From: Lama guanicoe
Taxonomy: Eukaryota
Direction: 5' to 3'
Length of the DNA stretch: 64,000 nucleotides
Assembly: GCA_013239625.1 (NCBI GenBank)
Contig: MU054187.1
Coordinates: forward strand, 22,447,280-22,511,279
Under the pieces are notes generated by a model. The model ran no database searches. It was not told the DNA's origin and worked only from the letters and a program-made list of their open reading frames with translations. Below, one piece after another: positions 1 to 12,449 of the stretch; the stretch's first letter is position 1; the number at the start of each line of letters is the position of its first letter. The position numbers and the translations under genes are program-made.

Positions 1-1208
1 GGCTTTGTCTTCTGCCATTTTTTGTGCCCTTGCCATACCTGCTTTACGTTCTAGACAGTCAGTAAGTGTGTTTATTAATTGATCCAGGCAGATAGATCCG
101 TGACGATATTTCTCTGGCTTTTCTTAATACCATGCATAGTGTGCAGAATGGATCAGATCTGTAGCTTCTGACTTAAGAATGACATCCTGAGGTACGCAGG
201 CGATTAATATACTCTTCTGAGTGAGGAGTTGGTAGTTCTGTAACCTTGGAAGACTGGGAATATAGATGCTTATCTGCATTCAGGACTCCCTGTTCTTTGC
301 ACTTGAATAATAATGAACCTTCATACAGCTCTGTGGCATTTTTTTTAAAGGGTTGGGTTGCACATAATCAGCTTACGTTTAACTGGCCATATCCTCTGGG
401 CATAGGTTATAACCTAAATTCATTTGGATGAATAACCGGTTCACTTGAAAGTTTGCTAAAACTCAAGACTGTTTTTTCTTTTGCCTACTCTGTCACACAG
501 CTGTTAGGTGGCAGAAATGGAATCGGAATCCAAGCAGTCTTGACAGCAGAGCTGGCTCTTGAAAGCCTCGTCTCCCACAGTTCCTCCTTCTGTTCCCTGT
601 CCCGGTTGCGGTGCCAGCATCCACCCAGACAGTGAAGTGGGGGATTCGGGTTGTTCAGAATACTTCTTTCTGACCCTCCACTATCCAGTAATCGTTGGGT
701 CAGAGATCTTACACACACGCTGAGCTTTTTCCTTCACACCAGCAGGGCTCTGGTTCAGATAAATGCACTATTTTAAATCTAGCCCCACTGCTGCCAAAGT
801 TACTGTTCTAAAATGCAGTTCTCATTGTTGAAACCTGCCGGCATCTGTCAGTTACCTTCAGGATAAACTTTGAACCACTGCGCGTGGTGTATCCTGAGTA
901 CATACGAGCTACCCCGGGGGACCCTGCACAGTGCAGATTACCCCGTCTGCCTGTCGGCCTCATCCCTTTCACCAGGTTACAGCCTGTTTCCAGCCATACC
1001 AGCAGTCCTGTGAACCTTCCAGAAATCCCATAATTCTCTCTTGAAGAGTTGCACTTCAAGACGGTCCATTCAGAAGTTCACCTTCTCTGTGAACCTTTTC
1101 CAAGTTCCTGTAGGGTAGATTATCCATTTTCTCTTGTGTGCCCCAGATGTGCCACTTGACATTTTGATTCTATTTTAGTCTTGCTGAAAGCTGTTTATTT
1201 GCTTACAG

Positions 1209-1304
1209 GTTTGTCTCCTCACTAGACTATGAGCTCCTTGAAAGAAGGAATCGTGTCTTACTCAGCTTTATATCCACAGTGTCTAGAACAGTTCCTGGTG
1301 CAGA
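1209..1304 (+). other. WWP1: Probable non-coding exon 2 (5'UTR), exonised L2 3' end
   Basis: ttacag|GTTTGTCTCC...GTGCAGA|gtaagt. Resembles the L2 3' consensus (actagactatgagctccttga...gtgtctagaacag) and my recollection of the WWP1 5'UTR. Confidence 0.75.
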
Positions 1305-2408
1305 GTAAGTGATTAACAATTTTTTTTAAACCAAGACTATATATATTTAATAGTTAAACTGTACAATATCTTCATCTATAAGCTGGATCTCCACTCACAC
1401 AGTGTTTATTGTGACGCTTACATTAAAGAATGTATGTAATAGTACATTACGTGTGTTTTTAAGTGCCACGCAACTTTATGTTATTAAATGAAGTGTGAGA
1501 ACTGATTATGTGTTGAAATAGATAATTTTATTTGCTGTGTATGTTCCATCTTCAGGCAAAATAGAACCATTTGGAACCATCTCTGTCATTTGCAGTTTAA
1601 GTTTGCGTTTCCTGGCTGCTGTAGGCACGCGCTCTTGAGTCTGAGGATTGATTTATACAGAACAAAGGGAGAACGTAGTGTGGAGGTGGGAATCTGGATT
1701 CAGAAAGAGTTTTAAGCAGTTGGAACAGACAGTCTCTTGCCTGGTTGGCAGTTTCCCAGTCTGCACAGTGTTTGAAATGTAAAGTTTAAAGTTTTTATTT
1801 AAACTTTACAGTTCCTTTCAAGTAACTTACCCTATGCCTTTATCCTCAGCAATTACCTTTCTGTCTAATTCACCACTGAAGTCCCTCAATTTTCTTTTAA
1901 TCTCCCTCCAGATGAATCAGCACCTTCCCTTATCCTTAGGTTCCTTACTTACTGTACAGAGAAGAAACATCTTTTTCTTGGAAGGCTGACTACGCAGCAT
2001 CTGTACGAAAGCTGTGTCTTTACCTCTTCTTCTCAGGCTCCAGACGCACCCCCAGCCAGCAGCGTGTTTGGTGAATCAGTGATCTGCCCTGTCCTATGTC
2101 TATCTCCTTGCCTTCCATTTCTTTCTTTACATTTTTAAAACTTCTGTAATTTGAACATGCCAGGTTACATATAACATATGGAAGTTCATAATAAAAACAA
2201 ACATTTGGGGACCAACCACTAAACCAGTTCCAACACAGTTAAGGAGCGGTCTGTGAGCCCCTCCGTAATCCCACATTCCTGTCTTTCCCCAGCCCTCTGA
2301 AGTCACTGCTGATCTGAATTTGGTTTTTTATCTCCTCCTTTTAAAAGCAGTATTACCACAAATGTATTTCTTTGTTTGAGTTTAATAGTTATATTTTAGA
2401 GTCTTTTT

Positions 2409-2505
2409 CTTTATTTAAAAAAAAAATTTAATGGAGGTACTGGGGATTGAACCCAGGACCTCATGCATGCTTAACATGCACTTTACCACTTGAGCTATTC
2501 TCCCC
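2409..2505 (-). mobile_element. tRNA-Ala-derived SINE (camelid Vic-1-like)
   Basis: Reverse complement GGGGAGAATAGCTCAAGTGGTAAAGTGCATG...GGTTCAATCCCCAGTACC (A and B boxes); TSD AGAGTCTTTTT at 2398-2408 and 2506-2516. Confidence 0.88.
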
Positions 2506-2819
2506 AGAGTCTTTTTAAAGCTTGCACAAGTGGTATTTTATTATAGAGAAAAGTCTTAATTTATAAATCTATGCATTTCAAAGAAAACATTCAAGCATCA
2601 TAAAACATAATATACATCTAAAATTCTCAGAATGCACATTCAAATTTGTAACAAGAAAATAATCCTGGAGACTTATTTTTGGACTGTGGATATTACGGTA
2701 CCACATATAAAATAAAGCTTATCTAGAGTGCAGAAATGTGGAAGATGTATTTCCACACACTCCTTTTTCCGTTTTGGCAGAAGAGTTCTCTTAGATTTAT
2801 AGCGCACTCCTTGGAAGAC

Positions 2820-3320
2820 TGTTGTGGGTTATACACGCACGGTGGGCCGGTAACGCGGGTTGGTGAAGAATTACCAGAGGCCGAGAAGAGTTCAGGAAAG
2901 TTTGCTGGTTACACTGCTACAGGCAAGTGAGCCGCACAGATGCCTGCATGAGCGCTGGAAGGGTGGGGTGGGGTAGGGGGACATGCAGGGTCTTTTATTG
3001 GAGGGAGGGGGCTGCGTGATCACTTTGTGCACAGGGACCTGACTAGTTGTCAGATCTGTCAGGGACTTCTCTGAACAGTAGGTTTTATGACCTTGGCAAG
3101 GGCAGGATGTGAGGCCTGCCTGCCTAGAGTGTTAGGATATAGTGAGCTGGGCCATCCCCTGGGGCAGTGCGTTGTGTTAGGATAAACACACATCAAGAGA
3201 AGGAGTTTTATATCTTGCAGAAATGCAGGTGCAAAGGGTCCTGTAGTGGGCAGTGGGGGTTACGGTGTCAGTAGGCTCCAGGCACACAGAAGGCCCAGGT
3301 GTCGGGGTTTTATGACTCCA
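2820..3320. mobile_element. Possible solo LTR
   Basis: About 500-bp GC-richer block bounded by TGTTG...CTCCA that interrupts otherwise contiguous sequence; no clean TSD. Confidence 0.4.
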
Positions 3321-3679
3321 GAGAGTGCCAGCCAGCTCCGCAGGCTTGTCATTGGATTGTCCTTGGACCCCAGCGGTTCTTCTGTGGGCTTCATTCAGTT
3401 GGTGATCATATGAGCTTTTGAGACTCAGGATCCACAGTGCCCCGAGGTTTCCAGGTGTCTTTTTCGATCATAGAATCATGGCATTTTCAAAAGAAATGCA
3501 TAGCCAAAGATGAGGTCAAGTTAACTGCTGAAGTAATTCATTTCTTTCTTCTTTGTCGTGAGGGGTTGGAAGCACTTCTTGATGACCTCAGTGTAGAATG
3601 TTAAATCTTGGCGCTGGGACTCAGTGAGAGGGAGATGTTAACACTCACAACTCCTTTGGACTTGTTTCAGTTACATCCC

Positions 3680-5440
3680 CAAGAGCCGTCCATGTGCTCG
3701 CCTGCAGCTGTGGCTCATTCATGCTCACTGCTCTGTGATGCTCTGCTGTGTGTCAGCCTGATTCCTTTCACCATTTTTCTACCTTGGAATATCTGGGGAT
3801 TTTTGTTGTTGTTGCTGTTACAAAGAGTGCTTATACTTGGCACAAAAGTACAAAAATTTTTATAGTCTGTGTCTAGAACTGCTCATTGAAAGACATGGAG
3901 ATGTTTGACTTTACATGATAATACCAAATTGTTTTCCAGCAATATTACCAATTTTAACACCTACTTGCAGGATTTTACCTATTTACACATGTACTGGCAG
4001 TGCTAAAACGACCGCTCCACTTTTTTTTTGCTATAATTTGGTGCTGTCAAAGTTCCTATTCCTTACCATTCTAGTGAGTTGAAAACAACATCTCATGTGG
4101 TCCTAACTTGTATTTCTTTGATGAATAATGAGTTTCTGCATCTTTTTAAATGCTTATTGGCCTAACAGGTAAAATTTCTGTAAAATTTCTGTTCAGGTTT
4201 TTTTTGCCCATTTGCCTACTGTGTTGTCTTTTTCTCATTTTTGGTAGAAGTTCTCATATAGTTTAAATACTAATCTTTAATCAGTTTCACATTTTGTGAG
4301 TATCTCCCAGTTTGTGGTTTGTCTTCTTTTTCTTAAGTCTTTTAAGTCTTCTTTGTGATGTTTTATGATAAACAGAAGTTCTCGGTTTCCACATCGTCAG
4401 AATATTCACTCTTTTCTTCTTTGGTTAGTATGCTTGTTTAAGGAACTTTTGCATTTTGGGAGGAGGACATAAAACAATAGTTTTCTGCTATAATTTCTTC
4501 TAGAACTTTTAAAGTTTGCCTTTCATATTAGTATGAAACTAGTCCATTTTGAATTGATTTTGTATATGATGTGAGGTAGGGATCCAATTTAATTCTTTCC
4601 GTATTGATAATATCAGGGCCGTTTCATTGTCTCTCCTTTCCCAGCTCGTATCCGCAGTGCGACGTATGTGACGTATGTCCCTAGATACGTTGTTCTCTTT
4701 TGAGGCTCTTTATGTTGTTTTATTTTACTTACCCTTCATCAGTCTTGCCAGGTGTTTATTTGAGTGTTTTCTAAGAGCTCTGACTTTGTTAGTCCTGTTA
4801 CCTTTTTTTCTACTTCATGAGTTTCTGTTCTTTATTATCTTCTACTTTCTTTGGGTTTACTGTTATTTATTATCTTTCTAACTTAACAGGTTAGCCTATT
4901 AACTCATCAATTTTCAGCCTTCTTTTCCTAGGATAAATCTTTAAGGCTATAGAGTTGTCTCTAAATATAACTTTTACCGTATTCCACGAATTTTTATATG
5001 TAGTATTTTTATTATTCATTTCTCAATATTTTTAGATAAAATTCTAGTATGTTTTCTTCTGACTTGTGAAATATTTAGAAATGTTATTATTTTCTATTTG
5101 TATTTTAAAAATTTATCTTTCATTTATTTTTTTTAACTTAATTACATTATGGTCAGATTGGGAACAATATGATATATATTCTTTGAAGTTCAGTGTAATT
5201 TCATTATTTCCCAGTGTGTGTATTGTTTTTCTATATGTCCCACATATGCTTGAGAATATTTTCTAATAATTGGGTATAATGTTCTGTTGTGTTCATTAAA
5301 TCATGCCTGTTCATCATTTTGTTTTTATTTTTATTCTTCTGGTCCACATGACCTATGAAAAACTAGAGTGTGTTGAAGTTGCCTGTGACAGTGACCAGTT
5401 TGTCAGTTTTTTCCTGTAGTTCTAACAGCCCTTGGAGGCT
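3680..5440 (-). mobile_element. Old L1M (ME/MC-type) fragment; further pieces near 2130-2545 and 7270-7460
   Basis: Antisense L1 motifs: catttccttgatg/ttattggcc-like, ttttgaattgattttgtatatgatgtgaggtagggatccaatt. Confidence 0.7.
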
Positions 5441-5449
5441 TTATTTCCC

Positions 5450-7266
5450 CAGGAGATGGTGAGTTTTATTTTGTCTTGTCTGGATAGAGGTTTGTTTGGC
5501 TTAGGAATGATCTAGAGTAGAGAGAGACTAGGAAAAAGCACAGAATATTCAGGTCTGTTTTGTAATCTCCCTCATTTTAATTTTCAAGTGGGAGAGCAGT
5601 GTACTACAGTTCTGAATTTACAGGCTGGATTCTGTATTTGGCTCAGGTGCAGGTTGGGGATTGGGGTTCTTGACCCTTTTTGCCATGTTTCCTTTCAGAC
5701 TTTCTTCTGTTAATCTTTGTTCCCTTCATCTGATGACCCATGCTGGGGTTCCCACTCTCACCTTTGGGACACTCATTTTCATTCCCTTGGGATACTTATT
5801 TTTATCTTTCCTGGTTGATCCTTCCTGAGCTGGAGGGGTTTCCCCATCACTTGTAGGGCCTGCTGCTCTGAGTTTGAGCTCTAAGATCAGGCCGTAGGAT
5901 TAGCACTTCACTCCACCCAAGCATTCTCCTTTGACGGAGAGGCCAGCATTTCCTCTAGCAGCTAATCAGATTTGGGTGGTTTAGAAGTTGGAGAGTGACA
6001 GTCTTCATCCTTACTGAGTATTCCGTTTCCCCAGACTTAACACTGTCTCTCCTTCGTGCATGACTGTCAGACGTCTGACTTCTGACAGGTGTAGCAGGAT
6101 CCCAGTCTGCGATGACTCTCTTCCTGTCCTTGACCGCTACTGTTGTTGAGACCCTTCACTTTGCCAGTGTGGCTGTGTCTTCCAGGGCCGTCATTCGGTT
6201 CTGGGTCATCTAGTGGCTGCTGCGACTCCTCCTGTTCCGTCTGTAGCTGGTCTCCTGCTTGCTCTCTCGCGGCTGGGTCCGCAGGCTTTGCCGCTCCAGA
6301 AGGATGAGCTGCTGGGCTGGGCTGGGAGGCGTTAGGAGCGCTGTGAGGCTTCAGTTTCAGCTGGGTCCCTGGGAGGGTCCTCTGTCCACACCTGTGATCA
6401 TCCCGAGAGGAATTGACTTTGGAACTCCAAAATCAGCCGTCCCGTCCGTCTGTCTTCAGAGTGGTCCGGCTTCCTCTGTAGTCCTCGTGCCTTCAGTACC
6501 CACTGCTGCGTGCGTTTCTGCCACTGTGTATCCTGACGTCACATCCTCTGTCGTTGTCTCTGCTGCCGTAGTCATCGCAGCGATCCTGGCCTCCACAGTA
6601 GTCGTGATGTTTGCCCTCAGAGCTCTCCTCACCCTTGCAGGTGGGCGGTCATCACAGCTGTCTCTGGCAGGGCAGTTCCTCCAGTCTGCGTCTGTTCTGT
6701 GAGAAGCCTGATTTCTCTCTCAGCCAAGAGCACAGCCATGCTTGTCTTTATCCTGAGCAGTGTCCCCCAGAATTCTGTTACCGAGAGATGCTTTATTGAG
6801 GCTCAGGGCACTGAGCGGGGACTCCGGGTTCTCAAACTCAGCGTAATTGAAGCATTTTAACCTCTCTGGATTGCTGGTTCACATGCTAAATGCACCGCAC
6901 TGATATTTAATCCTCTAAAGAATTCCTCAGTAATGCCTTCTGTCACCACAATTTTGATTCCCCAAAAAGCGGTGTCAGGTGGCATTTGGGGAGATGGCTC
7001 TGGTTGCCATTGGGTTCTCAGGCAGACTGTGGGCAGGATGCAGTGGTCAGTTGCAGGAGCCATATGCCTGTTACCATCATAACTGTGCCGAGTGGTTGAC
7101 ACATCTTCCAGATCACCTGTGTTATCAGTGCAGCTGACTGGTTTGGGAACATGGGTGCTTCCTCCACCAGTGTTAGCATCCTCAGCCTGGAAGTCTGTTA
7201 GGGAGACAGTCTTCCCTTTCTTCTTGGCTGAGGTCACTGTGCTGGATTAGGGGAAGGAACCAAAGT
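5450..7266 (-). pseudogene. EIF4B processed pseudogene (intronless, frameshifted, start codon lost)
   Basis: Minus-strand translation SAKKKGKTVSLTDFQAED..TGGGSTHVPKPVS, EEFFRGLNISAV (RRM), D/R/Y/G-rich segment, KENAWV near 5914-5932; 3'UTR-like cctctatccagacaagacaaaataaaactcaccatctcctg. No introns. Confidence 0.93.
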
Positions 7267-7936
7267 TAGACTGTTTCCTTAAAGCATGCAAATTTGGAGT
7301 TTTATGTCCACTTACTGGATTGGATCTTGTCTCATTTTCTTTATTCTCCTTAATAATGCTCTTTCTCTGCTATTTAACTAATCCCAGCTTTCTTTTTGTT
7401 TATATTTGTCTAGTATGTCCTTTTCCTTACTTGATAGCAGGCCCAGTTCTTTATTACTTAATCCCAGGGCTGCTATCAGCATGCATGTCCAGAAAAAAAA
7501 ATTAAAATAAAAAAACCTTTTTTGCTTACTAGTCATTATTTCTTTTTGTTATTTCAACTAAAAAAAAGTCTTTTTTAGGCTACTGCTGCGTGTGGTGGGA
7601 ACAGGCTTGATAATTTCTTGTAATTCTTGAGAACACAGCCGTGTTTGAGAAGTGCGTCGGTTCTGATTATTCTAGGACCTGTTCGCGTTGAAGCAGAAAG
7701 GCCTTTCTGGTATGCCAGGTTGCTAGAAACTGAAAGCCTTCCGTTTCCATTGAGTTTCTTCAATGTGTGTTGATCCTCTGTGGCTTCCATTGGTTTTCCC
7801 GTATGAACATGATGGCCGATGTACATGCAGGTGGAAGTCATCCTTGAGCCTGTTTTCTCATCTGCAGAATGGGGTTTCAGAACCTGTGAATATGTTAACT
7901 AGAATCACTTAAATAGTAAACAACTGTTTATCTTTT

Positions 7937-7975
7937 CACACACACACACACACACGCACACACATACAGACACAT
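7937..7975. repeat. (CA)n microsatellite
   Basis: cacacacacacacacacgcacacacatacagacaca. Confidence 0.9.
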
Positions 7976-8938
7976 ACTATATGCAACTACAAATAAGTGA
8001 AGAGAGTATAATGATGTTTAGATGGTTAGGTCTGTGGATTTGGTAGAAGGATCTAAACAGAACATAGAAAAGACTACAAAGAAGGGAAAATAGGATAAAC
8101 ATGAATGTTTATTAATATTTGTCAATCTTGCCCAGAATGTTCTACTTTATCTTAGTAGGCTAAGAATGGGTAGAAGTTTAGCCTTAAGATATCTGCCATG
8201 CAGAAGAAAGCTGAAGTAGGTCTGCTTTGTATTGTATTTAAAAAGTAAAAATTGGGTAGAGGAGTGAAGCAGAACTTGAGGGTAAAGAAAGGTCTAAAAA
8301 GAAGCATGCAGGTTTTACTGGAGACGTGACAACTAATGTGTTTTATAAACCTGCGCGAGGTAGTATGTTTTAAAATTATGGTGAAGGGCATTATTGGGAA
8401 AGTTGATGAAATTATAGACTATGAATTGTATATTAGATACTAGTAATGCACTAGTTAATTCCCAGAATTCTGTCTTCGTATTGTTATTATTTAAGAAAAT
8501 ATTTTTATTCTTAGGAAATGCATATTAAAGTATTGCAGAGTAAATAGGCAGCTTACTTAGGTGGTTCAGATAATAAATAAATTATGTGTAACATATATAA
8601 TATTTAATAACAAAAATATATAAACCTGTTTTTTTATTTTACTTAGAAATCAACAAATGACCCTGGATTTTTACTATCATCATTTATTTTGTTGCTCAAG
8701 TTGACCCAGATATGGTTAATTGCCCATATTCTCCTGTAAATCTTATAGTAGTACTAAATCTTTATTTTAAATGGGGGATATTGTGACCATATCAACATGT
8801 GATGGGTTGAAAATATTTAATTAGGTCTGATTTCTTAGTTAATTCAAGCAAATAGTGTTAATCATATTGAAAATTGTAATCTCTAATTTAACATATGAAT
8901 AAATCAACTTTTTTTAGGTTTAAGCTGAATTTTGGGAC

Positions 8939-9011
8939 ATGGCCACTGCTTCACCAAGGTCTGATACTAGTAATGGTAACCACAGTGGAAGGTTACAGTT
9001 ACAGGTAACTG
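8939..9011 (+). CDS. WWP1: WWP1 exon 3 coding part (exon starts at 8918; ATG 8939)
   Basis: ttttag|GTTTAAGC...gggacATGg (strong Kozak); MATASPRSDTSNGNHSGRLQLQVT; G|gtaagt. Confidence 0.95.
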
Positions 9012-9616
9012 GTAAGTAAACTGGTAAGTTATTTTCATAATAATTTAAAATGGTGGTTCCCTGATGAAACTTTCTTTTTAATACCTAATTCAGCAGGCTT
9101 ATTTCATAGGTGTCTTTTATTTTAGATTCACAGAGCAGTGTATTTGTTGCATGAGACCTCAAAGCTAGAAACTCTCTGAAAGTATTTAAGTTATTTAGTA
9201 AATATTTATTGAACCTGTGCTGAACGCAGAGACGCTGTATCCTCTCCGGTGGTGGGAGAGCTTGGGTATTGGAATAAGCATCATTGAGTTGGTCCTTAAT
9301 GATTATTAGGGAGGAGGGGGCTGGTAAAGGCCTTCTTTCATCCATCTGAGCCATTCATTCAATCACTGGCAAGTATTTGCTAAGTGGAATTACATATATG
9401 AAGGCACAAGGCCCTTGTTCTCCAGGAATGTCCTGTGTCGCAGGATGGCTAGACACGCCAGCGTTATTTCACCAGCTCATCGCTGGTAGGAGCTGAGGCT
9501 CCAGTCTTTTGTTATTGCAGGAGATGCTGCAGTCGGGAGCATGCGAGTGTCATGTCTTATTTTTCCTAGAATGAAATTGCTGGCTCAAAGAGTAAACACA
9601 TGTAATACTGCCAATT

Positions 9617-9828
9617 ACAGTTGACCCCTGAACCCCAGTAGGGGTCGGGGACACCGACTCCCGTGAGGTCAAATCTGTGTGTAGCTTAACAGTCGGCCCT
9701 TGGTGTCCATGATTCCACGTCCGTGGATCTAGCCAGCCACTGATCGTGTAGCACATATTTAGTTTTAAAAACCTGCGTGTAAGTCGGCGCACACAGTTCA
9801 AACGCCTGCTGTTCAAAGGCCACCTGTG
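9617..9828. mobile_element. TcMar-Tigger MITE (MER8/Tigger2-like)
   Basis: TIR-like ends cagttgacccctgaac ... gttcaaaggccacctg. Confidence 0.7.
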
Positions 9829-12289
9829 CTGCCAGGTTCCCCTCCGCAGGTCCTGTACCATTTCCATGTTACTGCTGGCCCTCTGTGAGTGCCTGTTGTC
9901 CCATAGCCTCATCAGAATGTTGTCAGGCATGTTGACAGTCAGATAAGAAGTGGTATCTTAGTGTCGTTTTAAATACCATTTCTCTCCTTAAGAGTGAGGT
10001 TGAGCCGAGTCTAAGGGAGGCTTGTCTTCCGTTTCCTGTGAACCAAGGGGATGTGTATTTTGATGCAGTTCCCTGGATGATTCTGATGTGCACTCCACTT
10101 GAGAACCACTTATAAGCATAATTTCTAATACTCCCACTTCTGCTCTACGTAAGCTTAAGAGCCACATCTTTTGTTTTCGGTGTTAAAACGTGTGCAGGAC
10201 CTGTGACCAACATATCTGAGATGTAACTTTCTTCGTGGCCTTTACCTAAGTATGAGTTCTTAGCTGAAGTAACAAAATCCTGATCTGGCTGTTTTGAGCC
10301 AGAAGGGAGCTCATTGGAAAGCTGTCAGGTAACTAGTGGAATCACCAGAAGTCTAGAGAACCAGTTGGAAAATAGATGTGGAGCAAAGGAGTGTAAGTTG
10401 CCGGGATAGGGCAACCGCAGTGTTTATCACTTTGGGTGTCAGTTACTGTTCTTTGAAATGCAGTGATGCCCTTGGGAGGCTGAACTTGGACCTGTGCTAA
10501 ATGGCGCTGGATTTTAGCACCTTGCTTTTCTCTCTTCTCTCCTCCTTGTCTTTGCCTTTCTTCATTTTGTTGATCTAGTTTTTTAAATTACAAAGCACCT
10601 TAAAATCCACAATCTTACTGATGTAACATACCTTGTGGAACAAATATGTACTCCTGTTTTACCGGTGAAGAAACTGAAAATCAGATTAAGTGCCTTCCAT
10701 TAGTAATAGGAAAACCAACCAGGGTCTCAGGACTCCAAGTTGTCGCTCCTTTTATTAGATAACAGCGCCATGTATTGATTTTTCTTTATTTTTGAAATAA
10801 TCAGATGGTACCAGGTTTAAGGCCGCCTCTGCTCCTGCGGTCTGGCAGGCCATGCTCTGTAAATTAGATGCTCTGTTAGCTTATATATTTTCATTCTTAT
10901 TTCTCTTCTTAACCCATATCTGATTGGCAGCAACAAAGAAGAATAAGAACATTGACCATGGAAAGCAGGAAAACTATAACAGAAAAAATCAAAGAGAAAA
11001 GTACCCACGTAACACAGGCTAACGTACACTGCAGTGCGGCACGTGCATAAGTGTAATAGCACACGGAAACGTGGCATCTCAACATCCAAAGCAGTTTAGG
11101 TGTCCAGCTTTCTGCAGGAAAGTGACAGAAACGAAGTGCAAGATGGATAAAAAGACAAGATATGAGACTGAAAAACTAATGGGCTGTTATATTCACATTT
11201 TTAGCTATTATGTCTTATAGTACCTTAATAGTTACTTTTAAATTAAAAAATTTAATCCTATGTATCATTTTTGTAAGTGTTGTGAATTATGGATTTAACT
11301 TTATTCTTTTCACGTGCTTCAACATTTATGGAATAGCCTGTCTTTTCCTGTTGAAATGCCACCCTTGTATTTGTTCTGTTCTTTTCACCTCTGCTCTTAC
11401 AGTGCAGTCAGTTTTAATTTCTTTTATTTTATAGTGCTTTTTAATGATACATTGGGAGAAAGCTCTTACTACTTTGCATTTTAAAATATTCTTTTACTAT
11501 TCTCTAATTTTCTTTACATTTCGTCTTAATGTTAGAGTCTCCCTCCCTTTTCCTCTGTCCCCCCTGGAAAGAAACCTCCCTCAGAACCAGTATTAGTGTT
11601 TTCACTTAAAATGCTTAAAGATAACATATTAAACTGGAGATAATTGAAATCTTTCAGTGTTAAAAGGTCCAAGTCCAGGAATAGTCGTGTCATTCCCTGC
11701 ATGTCTTGTATGTTCATCAGTGAAGGGTTATAGTTCTGTTCATGCATATGTATTGCTTATGTTTATCACTAGGTTGGGGGGCATGATTGTGAGTGGAGTT
11801 GTTGAATTAAATTCTCACACACAGGTACTGAGGACTCTCTTTTTCTCATAGATTTTCCATATTCGTATAATCTTTTAGTAGAGGACACTCTGTTATAACC
11901 CCCAAAGGAAACTCATGGGATAGGAAAATAAAATCTATGCTACGTATAAATTAGAATTCTCATTTGAATTAATAAGGTTATCTTTTGATTATTAAAAATT
12001 GTAGCATTCTAGTTTTTTATGTGCACGTTTTTGCCAGCATATTATGAATTCCTCATGAAATTAAAAATTGTCTTTTAAAAATCACTGTCCATACCCTGCC
12101 AGCATCTGGTATTACTGAAGATTTTGCCAGTTTAAAAGTATACAATGGGTGTCTTTTAAATATATCTACAGTTAGCTCAGAAGCGTTAATGCTGCACAGT
12201 TACTAGTGATAGTAGTAGATTAATAGTCACCAGCGTTGGGTGCTAGGCGTTCGTTGGTGATAATAGTACTTTGTTTGCCTTCACTCACC

Positions 12290-12435
12290 AATTCTAAGTA
12301 TCCGGTACTATTTATTGTTCCCCTGCTTTTCAGATGAGAAAATTGAGGGTCAGAAGGGTTAGTTGACTGGCTTAAGGTCACATATCTAGTAAGTGGCAGA
12401 GTTAAAATGTGAATCCGGGTATGTCTGACTCAGTG
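12290..12435 (-). mobile_element. MIR (similar copies near 15915-16130, 19960-20150, 21100-21310, 37720-37900)
   Basis: cagatgagaaaattgagggtcagaagggttagttgactggcttaaggtcaca core. Confidence 0.7.
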
Positions 12436-12449
12436 CTTTTTAAAAAAGA

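Noticed and set aside
6259..6702. 147-aa plus-strand ORF with a hydrophobic V/A/S-rich stretch
   Set aside because: Antisense shadow of the D/R/Y/G-rich region of the EIF4B pseudogene.
7575..7841. 88-aa minus ORF in unique-looking sequence
   Set aside because: No recognisable protein in any frame I translated; cannot be supported without a search.
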